DNA of 64,000 bases from Octopus sinensis (taxonomy: Eukaryota). Positions 1-12,125 of this stretch are shown here, piece by piece (position 1 is the stretch's first letter; each line of letters starts with the position of its first letter). Made by a program: the position numbers and the translations under genes. Location of the stretch: assembly GCF_006345805.1 (NCBI RefSeq), contig NC_043006.1, positions 17,918,001-17,982,000 of the forward strand, written 5' to 3'. Below the pieces are notes generated by a model. It did no database searches and was not told where the DNA came from. It was given only the letters and a program-made list of their open reading frames with translations.

Positions 1-405
1 TACTCTTTTACTTGTTTCAGTCACTTGACTGTGGCCGTGCTGGAGCACTGCCTTTTAGTCAAGCAAATCGACCCCAGGACTTATTCTTTGTAAGCCTAGT
101 ACTTATTGTACCGGACTCTTTTGCTGAACCACTAAGTAACACACCAGCATTGATTGTCAAGCAATGCTGGGAGGACAACCACAGACACACAAATATATAC
201 ACAGGCACATACATATATATATATACATACATACATATATACGATGGGCTTCTTTCAGTTTCTGTCTACCAAATCCACTCACAAGGTTTTGGTCAGCCCG
301 AGGCTATAGTAGAAGACACTTGCCCAAGGTGCCACACAGTGGGACTGAACCCGGAAGTATGTGGTTGGTAAGCCAGCTACTTACCACACAGGCACTCCTA
401 CGCCT
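1..405 (-). mobile_element. tRNA-headed SINE family 1 (internal TA/TG tract, AAAAGAGT tail)
   Basis: Reverse complement of the 10796/16867/61983 copies; A-box-like TGGCTGTGTGG and B-box-like GGTTCAGTCCC in the head. Confidence 0.85.
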
Positions 406-457
406 ATGCTTAGTTTAATATAATTATTTCTCTGTCATACATTTTAAATGTTCATAT

Positions 458-852
458 TAAATGTTACCATATTTCTGTTGAAATTGATTGCAGATAATTT
501 TGAAAATAATGAATGTTTTAGCAAAATAACTAAATTATTCATTATTAAACTGGTGTTCGAGACAAATAATAAATTTAGATGAAATTTGATGGATTTTAAT
601 TTAGTTCCCTTTCACCCTTTTGTTACCTTATATCCATTGAAATGCATTGCTTTTTTTTTTTTTTTTGCTTCAATGACTTTTGAAAATAATGAAGAACTTA
701 GTAAAATATCTTTGTCATTATTAAACTAGTATTTGGGGCATAAATTAACATGAAATTCTGACAGAAGGGGTTTTTAATTTAGGCACTTTTATGACAAAAA
801 GTCTGTATCACAGAGTCTAGGGCAATCTCAGGTAGACAGGTGTCAAGAGTTA
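458..852 (+). mobile_element. piggyBac-type MITE family C, partial copy followed by a second copy
   Basis: TGTTACCATATTTCTGTTGAAAT and AATTTTGAAAATAATGAAGAA motifs occur twice. Confidence 0.6.
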
Positions 853-931
853 TAAGCTTCTCTCGTTTCACATCATTCAGAGTTTTATACTGTATATTCT
901 GGTCATATAGAACAACTTTCTTTCATTCCTT

Positions 932-978
<47 letters not shown>

Positions 979-987
979 TATATATAT

Positions 988-3900
988 GGTTGTGTATCCC
1001 AGTTTTAGAATGGGTTTTCTGTGTACATTGTAAGAAGTGAGTAAAGGAGTTGGTGATTGAAAGATCAACCAGCAGTAACATCTAGTACATACCAACATAG
1101 AAAAACACATAAAATGGTGTGTGTGTAATTTTTTCTAAGTGGTTGAATAGAAAAATGAATAGAAAGTATGAAAATAATTTTTTTTAATGTATTTATTGAG
1201 GACATCATCACCATCATCATCATCATTTAACATCCATTTTTCCATGCTGGCATGAGTCAGATTCTATATGGCCAGATGCCCTTCCTATTGCTAACTATCT
1301 CCTTTTTCCAAGCAAGGTAGCTATTTCCTCATGGCCGGGCATGGTTTCCATGGTAAACTGGAACCATTGCTTTTATGATTGTGATGCTCACTTACAACCA
1401 TCACTTGAGGTCAAGACAAAGGTACACACACACGTATATACGTATGCACATAGATTAAAGTAAAAATGAAAAAGCAAAATATTTGGCATAGACAATATTA
1501 ACATATATGAACTCTACATGTTTATATTCTCTATGTAAATTAAATGTCTTTCTTGAGTGGTGCCAAATGTTTTGCTTTTTAATTTTTACTTTTATTTACA
1601 TCTACATATCCAACAGGCTTCTTTCAGTTTCCATCTGCCAAATCCACTCACAAGACTTTGGTTGGGAAGCAAGCTTCTTCTTCACAATCATGCCTGTGCA
1701 CATTACAATAATTTTGAAAAGGCCACAAAAGAAACTGAAAGTAGTTGTGTGTTGTTCCATGATTTCATATCCCAAGTTTTTAATCATACATTTTCATTTG
1801 CTTCCCTGTTTCCTTTTATGCTGGTTTCCTTTCCAATATTTTGTCTGTATTCTCTGTTCTTCTATCTTGAGAATACACTCTGACACGTCATCACTGCTAC
1901 CATAGTCTTTTCAGCTACTCCCACCGTTATATAATGCAGGGTAGCCACATATCTCCTTCTGTGCCTGTCCCCTTTATCATACTTTAGTGTCTTGGCATGG
2001 TACCTGGCATAGTTCTACCTCTGTCTGCTCGGTTGAGGGCCTTTTTACTAGTTACTTGGCATCCTCACTAGTGCTGGTGCTGCATAAAAAGTACACTGTA
2101 AAGTGGTTGGCATTTGGAAGGGTATCCAGTTATAGGAGCCATGCCAAAATAGACATTGCAGCTCAGCACAGTTCAACTTGTTGAATCCTGTCAAATTGTC
2201 CATTCCATGCTGACATGAAAAACAGATACTAAATAATAATGATGATGGTGATGAGGACAACATCAGTATTATCTTTCTAGGTGAAAAACTTGAATATTAA
2301 TTTGATTAATATCAATTTAAAACCAGTGGTCTAGCATATTGAAAAGTCTGAAGATTCAGAAAAATTATATTGCATACATGTAAGAGGGATGACCACTAAG
2401 TGGACATCCATTATGCTAGAAGTCGACACCCTATGGTCTTACCACTAAGAAAGGAATTATCTCAAGAAAATTTAGCAAACGCCAGAACGTAAGTGAGCAA
2501 GATAAATGTAAAGATACAGGGATGTCCACTTAGTGGTCATCAGTCTTATATGTATGTAATTATATATATATATATTATATATATATATATATATTATATA
2601 TATATATATATATATATGGTTGTGTATCCCAGTTTTAGAATGGGTTTTCTGTGTACATTGTAAGAAGTGAGTAAAGGAGTTGGGGATAAAAAGATCAACC
2701 AGCAGTAAAAGACTGTCTCCGGAAACACATCCAATACATTCCTACATAGAAAAACCACATAAAATGGTATGTGTGTAATTTTTTCTTTGGGGTTGAATAG
2801 AAAAACGAATAGAAAGTATTAAAATAATTTTTTTAAATGTATTTATTGAGGACATCATCACCATCATCATCATCATTTAACATCCATTTTTCCATGCTGG
2901 CATGAGTCAGATTCTATATGGCCAGATGCCCTTCCTGTTGCTAACTATCTCCTTTTTCCAAGCAAGGTAGCTATTTCCCCATGGCCAGGCATGGTTTCCA
3001 TGGTAAACTGGAAACACTGCTTTTATGATAGTTATGCTCACTTACAACCATCCCTTGGAGTCAAGACAAAGGTTTGCACACACAACACATACATGCTCAA
3101 ATGCACACATGCACACACACACACATATATACGTATGCACATAGATTAAAGTAAAAATGAAAAAGCAATATATTTGGCATAGACAATATTAACATATATG
3201 AACTCTACATGTTTATATTCTCTATGTAAATTAAATGTCTTTCTTGAGTGGTGCCAAATGGTTTGCTTTTTAATTTTTACTTATATTTACATCTACATAC
3301 ACAACAGGCTTCTTTCAGTTTCCATCTGCCGAATCCACTCGCAAGACTTTGGTTGGGAAGCAAGCTTCTTCTTCACAATCATGCCTGTGCACATTACAAT
3401 AATTTTGAAAAGGCCACAAAAGAAACTGAAAGTGGTTGTATGTTGTTCCTTAATTTCATATCCCAAGTTTTTAATCATACATTTTCATTTGCTTCTCTGT
3501 TCCTTTTATGCTGGTATCCTTTCCAATATTTTGTCTATATTCTCAGTTCTTGTATCTTGAGAATGCACTCTGACACTCCATCACTGCTACCATAGTCTTC
3601 TTTTCAGCTACTCTCGCCGTTATATAATGCAGGGTAGCCACATATCTCCTTCTGTGCCTGTCCCCTTTATCATACTTTAGTGTCTTGGCATGGTACCTAG
3701 CATAGTTCTACCTCTGTCTACCCTGTTTGTCTGCTCAGTTGAGGGCCTTTTTACTAGTTACTTGGCATCCTCACTAGTGCTGGTGCTGCATAAAAAGTAC
3801 ACTGTAAAGTGGTTGGCATTTGGAAGGGTATCCAGTTATAGGAGCCATGCCAAAATAGACATTGCAGCTCAGCACTGTTCAACTTGTTGGAGCCTGTCAA

Positions 3901-4268
3901 ATTGTCCATTCTATGCTGACATGAAAAACAGATACTAAATAATAATGATGATGGTGATGAGGACAACATCAGTATTATCTTTCTAGGTGAAAAACTTGAA
4001 TATTAATTTGATTAATATCAATTTAAAACCAGTGGTCTAGCATATTGAAAAGTCTGAAGATTCAGAAAAATTATATTGCATACATATAAGAGGGATGACC
4101 ACTAAGTGGACATCCATTATGCTAGAAGTCGACACCCTATGGTCTTACCACTAAGAAAGGAATTATCTCAAGAAAATTTAGCAAACGCCAGAACGTAAGT
4201 GAGCAAGATAAATGTAAAGATACAGGGATGTCCACTTAGTGGTCATCAGTCTTATATGTATGTAATTA
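988..4268. repeat. Direct tandem duplication, units 988-2562 and 2618-4268, bounded by (TA)n
   Basis: Both units start GGTTGTGTATCCCAGTTTTAGAATGG and end GTATGTAATTA; ORF track shows paired near-identical peptides. Confidence 0.93.
2370..2559. repeat. Fold-back element with ~40 bp inverted termini
   Basis: GATGACCACTAAGTGGACATCC (2388-2409) vs GGATGTCCACTTAGTGGTCATC (2520-2541); duplicated at 4076-4265. Confidence 0.75.
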
Positions 4269-4687
4269 TATATATATATATATATATATATAGCTGCAAA
4301 TTCCAATCATAAAACAGGCAAAACAATTCTGTAAGCTTCTTACAATTTACCAATCCTAATATAGAACTTTATTTTATTTGCATTTACCTTGTATATTCCT
4401 TGAATGACAAGACAATCTCAAGTCTTTCTTCTACATCTTGTCCATTGATGATAAATTTTGTTTTAACTGCTAATACCAAACTATGGACTAACATTCAACA
4501 TTTTGCTTACAGCTAAAGTAAAATAGCAAAATTCCTGAAAAGAACTCAGAATAATTGTCTCATATATTAACTCACTGACAGTGAGATTTATAATATAAAT
4601 TATTTGTGCTACCTGCAACTGGTTGTCATAGAAAAATGAAGAATAGTATTTTGATTTCTGATAAAGAATAATCTATCATATATATAT

Positions 4688-4866
4688 AGTTAATCCAAAC
4701 AAGAAAACACAAAAAAACACAACGCGAGGACGTGGAACAAATATAGTATTATTGGATGCTCAGGAAAGAAGGCGGGTTTAACGTTTCAAGCGGAGCTCTT
4801 CGTTGGAAACATAGGAGAAGGGAAGACAGAGGAGAAAAAATCGCCAACGGTACACACGCGGTCACA
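4688..4866 (-). mobile_element. TA-flanked Penelope-like terminal fragment with hammerhead-like motif
   Basis: Minus strand 4810-4776: GTTT CCAACGA A GAGC TCC GCTT GAA ACGT T AAAC. Confidence 0.5.
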
Positions 4867-4867
4867 T

Positions 4868-5165
4868 GGAGGCACGTGACCTAGTGGTTAGAGCAGGGGA
4901 CTCGCAGTTGAGGGATTGCTGGTTTGAATCTCAGACTGAGCGAGATGTGTGTTTATGAGTGAAACACCTAAACTCCACATGATTCCAGCAGAGGGTAATG
5001 GCGAACTTCTGCTGACTCTTTCTCCACAACTTTCTCTCACTCTTTCCACCTGCATCTAGCAGCTCACCTGTGACGGACTGGGCATCCTGTCCAGGTGGGA
5101 AGTCTATATGCCAGTGAAACCAGGAAACCAGCCCTTATGAGCCTGGCATGGCTCAAGGAGGACCA
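4868..5165 (+). mobile_element. tRNA-headed SINE
   Basis: TGACCTAGTGG / GTTTGAATCTC boxes; body shared with 19955-20340 then a CTGTGACGGACTGG..TCCAGG tail. Confidence 0.7.
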
Positions 5166-5499
5166 AACAACAACAAAATGTATATGATGATTCTATTAAG
5201 TTTTGCACAATGCCAATAAGTTTAGTTGTGACACCTACATCACTGGACGTACTGTCAATACACCCTTATTATATATATATACATACATATAATAATAATA
5301 TGAGGGAATATTATTCCAAACTTACAGGGAAAAATTCAACTTAAAACTACTGAATCAAATTTCACAAAATATTATATATATATATATATTAGAAAAAAAC
5401 CACCTTTTGTCAATTTAATAATGAAAAAATTAAATTATGCCATTTAGAAAAAAATTACACCTTATAGAAAGATTAAATATAGGATAAAACATATACCAA

Positions 5500-5530
<31 letters not shown>

Positions 5531-5535
5531 TTTCT

Positions 5536-5940
5536 TTTTACTTGTTTCAGTTATTTGACTATGGCCATGCTGGAGCACTGCCATAAAGGTTTTAGTCAAA
5601 CAAATCAACTCTAGGAATTATTTTTTGTAAGCCTAGTAATTATTCTGTCAGTGTCTTTTGACAAACTGTCGAGTTAGAGATACATAAACACACCAGCATC
5701 AGTTGTCAAGTGATGGTGGTGGGGACAGACACAGACACACACATGTGTATATATATATATATATATATATACAACAGGCTTCTTTCAGTTTCCATCTACT
5801 AAATCCACTCACAAGGCTTTGGTCAGCCCTAGGCTATAGTAGAAGACACTTGCCCAAGGTGGCATGCAGTAGGACTGAACCCAGAACCATGTGGTTGGGG
5901 CAAACTTCTTACCATACAACCACATTTGCATATATATATA

Positions 5941-5990
<50 letters not shown>

Positions 5991-6392
5991 CACACACACA
6001 AACATACACAAATATTTCTTTTCTTTTACTTGTTTCAGTCATTAGACTGTGGTCATGCTGGAGCACCACTGTGAAGAATTTATTGTTGAATGTATGAACC
6101 TCAGTACTTATTTTTTTTTTTTTAAGCCTGGTACATTTTCTATCAGTCTCTTTTGCCAAACCACTAAGTTACAAAGACATAAACACACCAGCACCAATTG
6201 TCAAGCAATGATGGAGGGACAAACACACACACACATTCATATATATGACTGGCTTCTTTCAGTTTCCTTCTACCAGACCCACTGACAAGGCTTTGATTGA
6301 CCCAAGGTTATGGTAGGAAACACTTGCCCAAGGTGTCATGCAGTGAGACTGAACCCTAAACCATGTGGTTGGGAAGCAAGCTTCTTACCACA
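5536..6392 (-). mobile_element. Two adjacent SINE family 1 copies (~5536-5925, ~6024-6392)
   Basis: TTTACTTGTTTCAGTC tail and GACACTTGCCCAAGG body motifs in each. Confidence 0.8.
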
Positions 6393-6493
6393 ATACTTGA
6401 AGTACTGCCGATACGCCAATATCTATCTATCTTTCTATCTATCTGTGTCTCTATCTATCTATCTATCTATCTATCTACATAGATAGATATATG

Positions 6494-6830
6494 TGAAAGC
6501 ACATGGCTCAGTGGTTAGAGCGTCAGGCTCACAATGATGAGGTTGTGAGTTTGATTCCCGGACCAGGTTATGTGTTGTGTTCTTAAGCAAGACACTTTAT
6601 TTCACGTTGCTCTACTTCACTCAGCTGTAGAAATGAGTTGTGACGTCACAGGTGCCAAGCTGTATCGGCCGTTGCCTCACCCTTGGATAACTTCACTGGT
6701 GTGGAGAGGGGAAGTTACTATGTATGGACAACTGCTGGTCTTCCATAAGCAAATTTGTTTGGACTTGTACCTCGGATGGGAACTTTCTAGGTGCAATCTC
6801 ACGGTCAGTTGTGACCAAAGGGGTCTTTAC
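6494..6830 (+). mobile_element. tRNA-headed SINE
   Basis: TGGCTCAGTGG / GTTTGATTCCC boxes; reverse copy at ~23551-23830. Confidence 0.72.
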
Positions 6831-7170
6831 CCTTACCCTTTTTATAATTTTATATTGCTGAGATGTGGGATTTATATTATGTATACTGTTTATATAGCTG
6901 GACTGATGTCCTCATCTTAATTGTTACTTTCACTTCATTTCAGCTGGTGTATGCTCCAGCCTTCTTCAGGTGTTTTGTGTTGAAATTGGTTTTTGGTTGT
7001 TGTATTGGAATTTCAAACTTAATCCTTTATTTGATGTACAGGGTACACTGTTCTCTTTCCATTGTCTGCGTTTTGTGATATTCTTTAGCTTCAGTTGAAT
7101 TATGTGAATTACCTTAGTGCCTGACTAGAACTCAGAAACTGTGAGTGACTGCAATGCTGTTCTTTTATTT

Positions 7171-8171
7171 CTTTTACTTGTTTCTATCATTTGATTGTGG
7201 CCATGCTGGAACATTGCCTTAAACGATTTTTAGTCGAAGAAAATGATCCCAGGACTTGTAATTATTCTATCAGTGTCTTTTAACAAACTGCTAAGTTACA
7301 AGGACATAAACACACCAGCATCAGTTGTCAAGCGATGGCAGTGGGGATAAACACAGACACAAAGACACACACATAATATATATAGGGAAAGTTTACGAAA
7401 AAAACAAAAGACAAAGACAGGTGGTGTACAAAACAAACAGGTGTATTAGTATAACGCTCAGGAATTGAAAAAGTCTTTTACGTTTTGGGCCTGCGCTCTT
7501 CTACAGAAAGGGACACAGAAAAAACAAGGAGACAAAAAAAATGTGTGTAGTGGCTAACGATCTATCATGGTGTATATGTATATATATATACTCTTTTACT
7601 CGTTTCAGTCATTTGACTGCGGCCATGCTGGAGCACCACCCTTAGTCGAGCAAATTGACCCCGGGACTTATTCTTTGTAAGCCCAGTACTTATTCTATCG
7701 GTCTCTTTTTACCGAACCGCTAAGTGACGGGGACGTAAACACACCAGCATTGGTTGTCAAGCGATGGTGGGGGGGGGGGACAAACACAGACACATAAACA
7801 TATACACACACACACATATATATATATATATACATATATACGACAGGCTTCTTTCAGTTTACGTCTACCAAATCCACTCACAAGGCATTGGTCAACCCGA
7901 GGCTATAGCAGAAGACACTTGCCCAAGATGCCACGCAGTGGACTGAACCGGACAATGTGTGTTGTGAGCAAGCTTTTTACCACACAGCCACTCATATATA
8001 TATATATATGACAAACTTCTTTCAGTTTCCATCTACCAAATCGACTCACAAGTCTTTGGTTGGCCTGAAACTATAGTACAGGACACTTGCCCAAGGTTCT
8101 ACACAGTGGGACTGAACCCGGAACCATGTGGTTGGGAAGCAAGCTTCTCATCACACAGTCATGCCTGCACC
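7171..8171 (-). mobile_element. SINE family 1 cluster (partial 7171-7372, full 7590-7993, head 8009-8171)
   Basis: Same family motifs. Confidence 0.8.
7385..7572 (-). mobile_element. TA-flanked Penelope-like terminal fragment with hammerhead-like motif
   Basis: Minus strand 7510-7475: CTTT CTGTAGA A GAGC GCAG GCCC AAA ACGT A AAAG; homologous to 41617-41781. Confidence 0.5.
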
Positions 8172-8893
8172 TATGCTTGTATGGAAAATAATTTGTCCTT
8201 CAAATGAGCTGCATTAAAACTTGGAAATAAAAGAACGCTTTTGCACATGTGTGCATGTGTGTATCAGTGAATTATTACTTCAAGAAAATATATATTGTCT
8301 TGAGAATTTCCTCATCCAAGTTAAAGAACATTGTGAGAGAGAGAGAGAGTATGTGTGTTTCAAGAAAACATCATATGCTGTTAAAAGTATTTCTTTCTTA
8401 CAATGCAAGTTGATGGTTTTCCAGCATTGGTTTATATTCGATATCTTTTGAAACTTCCTTTCTTTTTCATTCTGTGTGTTGTATTTTTTTTAAATACATT
8501 TAAGAAACAAAATTCATTTGAATTTGTCTTTCTTTTGTTGTGGGTGGAGCACCTTTATGTTTGTGTCTTTCATCATTGACTTTTTTTTGTCTTTTGATGC
8601 TTTTTTTTTTTCTGTATCTCAAATCTCTTGCTGTTTTAATCAACAATGAAGCATTTAAAAGTGATGTACTTTATTATTCATCATATGTGGTTGGTAGTGA
8701 TCATTTTAGCTTTGTCTTTTTTCTCTTTCTCTCTTTTGTTTTTCTCTCCTTCATCTTTCTTTTATCTTTTTACTTTTTTCATTTATTCAACTGTGATTAA
8801 GTTAGGGTACTGCCTTAAACTGTTTGGTTGAATAAATCAACCCCAGTACTTTGTTTTTGCTAAGGGACAACATTTGAATACACAGACACACAG

Positions 8894-8925
<32 letters not shown>

Positions 8926-9026
8926 CAATAATAACAAAGGGTGAAATTAATTAATTAAGAAGTAATTAGTAATTTCACCAAGTAGAATTCGGCATGAAAA
9001 AGACCATTTTATGGTAAGTTTAAGTA

Positions 9027-9118
9027 ATACTATATAATTAGGGTTCAGCAATGATTAGCTTCACCACACACCGAATTGTGGTGAAGCTAATCGTTGCTGA
9101 ACCCTAATTATATAGTAT
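9027..9118. repeat. Near-perfect hairpin, 42 bp arms, 8 nt loop
   Basis: ATACTATATAATTAGGGTTCAGCAATGATTAGCTTCACCACA / its reverse complement with one T-G. Confidence 0.92.
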
Positions 9119-9211
9119 ATATATAAAGAATAAATTATGTTAACATTCACTTTTTGCTTTTGCATGAGTCTGGGTCAGACAGAATTTGTTGAGGTGGATA
9201 TCTATCTATCT

Positions 9212-9572
9212 ATATGTGTGTATATGTATATATATGTTATATATGTATATATATGTATATATGTATATATATGTATATATATGTATATATATTGTATATA
9301 TATGTATATATATGTTATATATATGTATATATGTATATATATATATGTATATATATATATGTATATATTATGTATATATATATATGTATATATATATATG
9401 TATATATATATGTATATATATGTATATATATTATGTATATATATATGTATGTATATATATATGTATATATATATGTATGTATGTATTATATATGTATGTA
9501 TGTATGTATATATTATATATGTATGTATATATATATGTATGTATATATATATGTATATATATATATATGTAT

Positions 9573-9603
<31 letters not shown>

Positions 9604-9705
9604 TATATATGTATGTATATATGTATAATATGTATGTATATATATATGTATGTATATAATGTATGTATATATATATGTATGTATATATGTATGTATATAT
9701 GTATG

Positions 9706-9738
<33 letters not shown>

Positions 9739-9793
9739 GTATATATATGTATATGTGTGTGTATGTATAATATGTATGTATATATATATGATG

Positions 9794-9855
<62 letters not shown>

Positions 9856-9902
9856 GTATATATATGTATGTATGTATATATATGTATGTATGTATATATA
9901 GG

Positions 9903-9934
<32 letters not shown>

Positions 9935-9996
9935 TATGTATGTTATATATATGTATATATTATATATATATATATGTATGTATACACACACACATA
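9212..9996. repeat. (TA)/(TATG) compound microsatellite, ~780 bp
   Basis: Direct reading. Confidence 0.95.
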
Positions 9997-10795
9997 ACCC
10001 TTCCTAGCATGGAGAATGGATCTTAAATGATGATGATGCATTTGTGTGAAAGGATAATTACGTATAGAATGAACAATCTTATAACAGATTTGGATTAATT
10101 GGATTTCATCAACTTTGTGAATGTTTTCAGAAATAGCTAGTGGAGTTTGATTATTGAAAAGTTCTATATCTATTAGGGTGTGTCATAAGGTTAGCAATTT
10201 CAGGAGAGGGGCTAAGTCAATTACCCCTCTGTAAAATAATTATTTAATACTTTATAGAAATATTGAAATTAACTCAATAGAATTTGATGTTATTCATTTT
10301 TTTTTTTTTTTTTGTAACTTTCAGTTTAAACTTGGGCTTCGTAATAGTACTTTTAGCTCATCCATTTCCTCTTAAATAATTTATAGAGAAAAAAATACTT
10401 GTGCCTGCATCAGTCTAGTTTTTAACACAAACTTAATTCAACTACATTTGAATGTTTTTAAAAGGTAAAAGCAATCAATTATTAACGTCTTCTGTCCATA
10501 AATAAAGAAAGAAGAAGAAGAAGAATACAAAACTAGTTTAAAAAGACTGGAATTAAAACATTAGTTTTGGTGAGTTTGTTGTGGCATTAATGATGGAACC
10601 AGCATAACAGAAGCTTGAAAAGCCTTTAGTTTTTGGACCTTGATGTATGTTAATTTACCTAACTGAGGAAAATAACTGCTAATTTCTTTCAACCAGATCC
10701 ACTATACACATCTTATTCATTAAGATAGTGAAATTTTATTATTTAGTTTATTTTAAAATTTATTGAGAATTTTTTGTTGTTCTGTTTTTATACAT

Positions 10796-10959
10796 AGGCA
10801 CAGGAGTGGCTGTGTGGTAAGTAGCTTGCTAGCCAACCACATGGTTCCGGGTTTAGTCCCACTGCGTGGCACCTTGGGCAAGTGTCTTCTACTATAGCCT
10901 CGGGCTGACCAAAGCCTTGTGAGTGGATTTGGTAGACGGAAACTGAAAGAAGCCCATCG

Positions 10960-10997
<38 letters not shown>

Positions 10998-11200
10998 AGT
11001 TTGTGTGTCTGTGTTTGTCCCTCCAACATCGCTTGACAACCGATGGTGGTGTTTACGTCCCCATAACTTAGCAGTTCGGCAAAAGAGACCGATAGAATAT
11101 GTACTAGCTTACAAAGAATAAGTCTTGGGGTCGATTTGCTCGACTAAAGGTGGTGCTCCAACAAGGCCGCAGTCAAATGACTGAAACAAGTAAAAGAGTA
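10796..11200 (+). mobile_element. SINE family 1, full length
   Basis: AGGCACAGGAGTGGCTGTGTGG ... GAAACAAGTAAAAGAGTA. Confidence 0.88.
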
Positions 11201-11607
11201 TACCTAAGTATATTTCCTTTGCATTAGTTCATTGATGTTAACATACATCAGTGATAGACTTGTTATCCATAAAATAAGTTATAGTTTATAACACAAACAT
11301 TAATTACCTAAATAATAAGAGCACAGCATAAAAGGAACGAACAAAAACAGGGTGGAATTTTATAACAGATCGTGGATATAAATTTGTTTAACTAAATTAA
11401 AAAATAAAACTCTACTTGTTTTTATTTGCTTCTTTTTATTTTCTACCTGTAAATTTCTCCTTGATAAACTTTAAATGTTCTCCAATTAATAAATATTATT
11501 AGAAAATCTAGTTATGCTCGTCTAAATTGTAGCTGAAAATTACTTAAAGTCACAAAGTAAGCATGACAACTCTTTAACAAATCTGATAACAGTTTAACCT
11601 TATATGT

Positions 11608-11855
11608 TTGTGTGCGTTTGTACACACACACACACACATATATACATATATATATATACATACATACACATACATATATATATATATACACACATATATG
11701 TATACATATATACACGCATGTACATACATATATATATATATATGTATATATATATTCATACATAAATATGCACATATATATACACATACGCACATATATA
11801 TATGTATATATACACATACATATATACACACACACATATATATACACACACACAC

Positions 11856-11892
<37 letters not shown>

Positions 11893-12125
11893 TACCCATG
11901 CCAGCATGGAAAGCAGACGTTAAACGACAACATATATACACACAAACATATACATATATATACACATAAACGATATATGCACACACATACATATACACAC
12001 ATGTGTGATATATATGTATATATATACACACATAAACATATATATATATACACACACACACACATATATACACATACACACACATATGTACACAAACTCA
12101 TATATATACACATACACATATATAT
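11608..12125. repeat. (CA)/(TA) compound microsatellite with a short RTE tail remnant at ~11895-11930
   Basis: Direct reading. Confidence 0.9.

Noticed and set aside
12-418. Recurring ORFs such as QASFSFRLPNPLTRLWSARGYSRRHLPKVP and DGLLSVSVYQIHSQG
   Set aside because: Incidental frames of SINE family 1; found wherever the SINE is, with variable stops
9137-10026. Long YIYICM-type ORFs on several frames (also 11512-12138, 13128-13764, 41148-41740, 43458-45249)
   Set aside because: Translations of TA/TG/CA microsatellites, which lack stop codons in some frames
10295-10380. Strong poly-T plus TTCAG acceptor-like site on +
   Set aside because: All frames stop within about 18 codons and nothing resembles TRPM S1-S2
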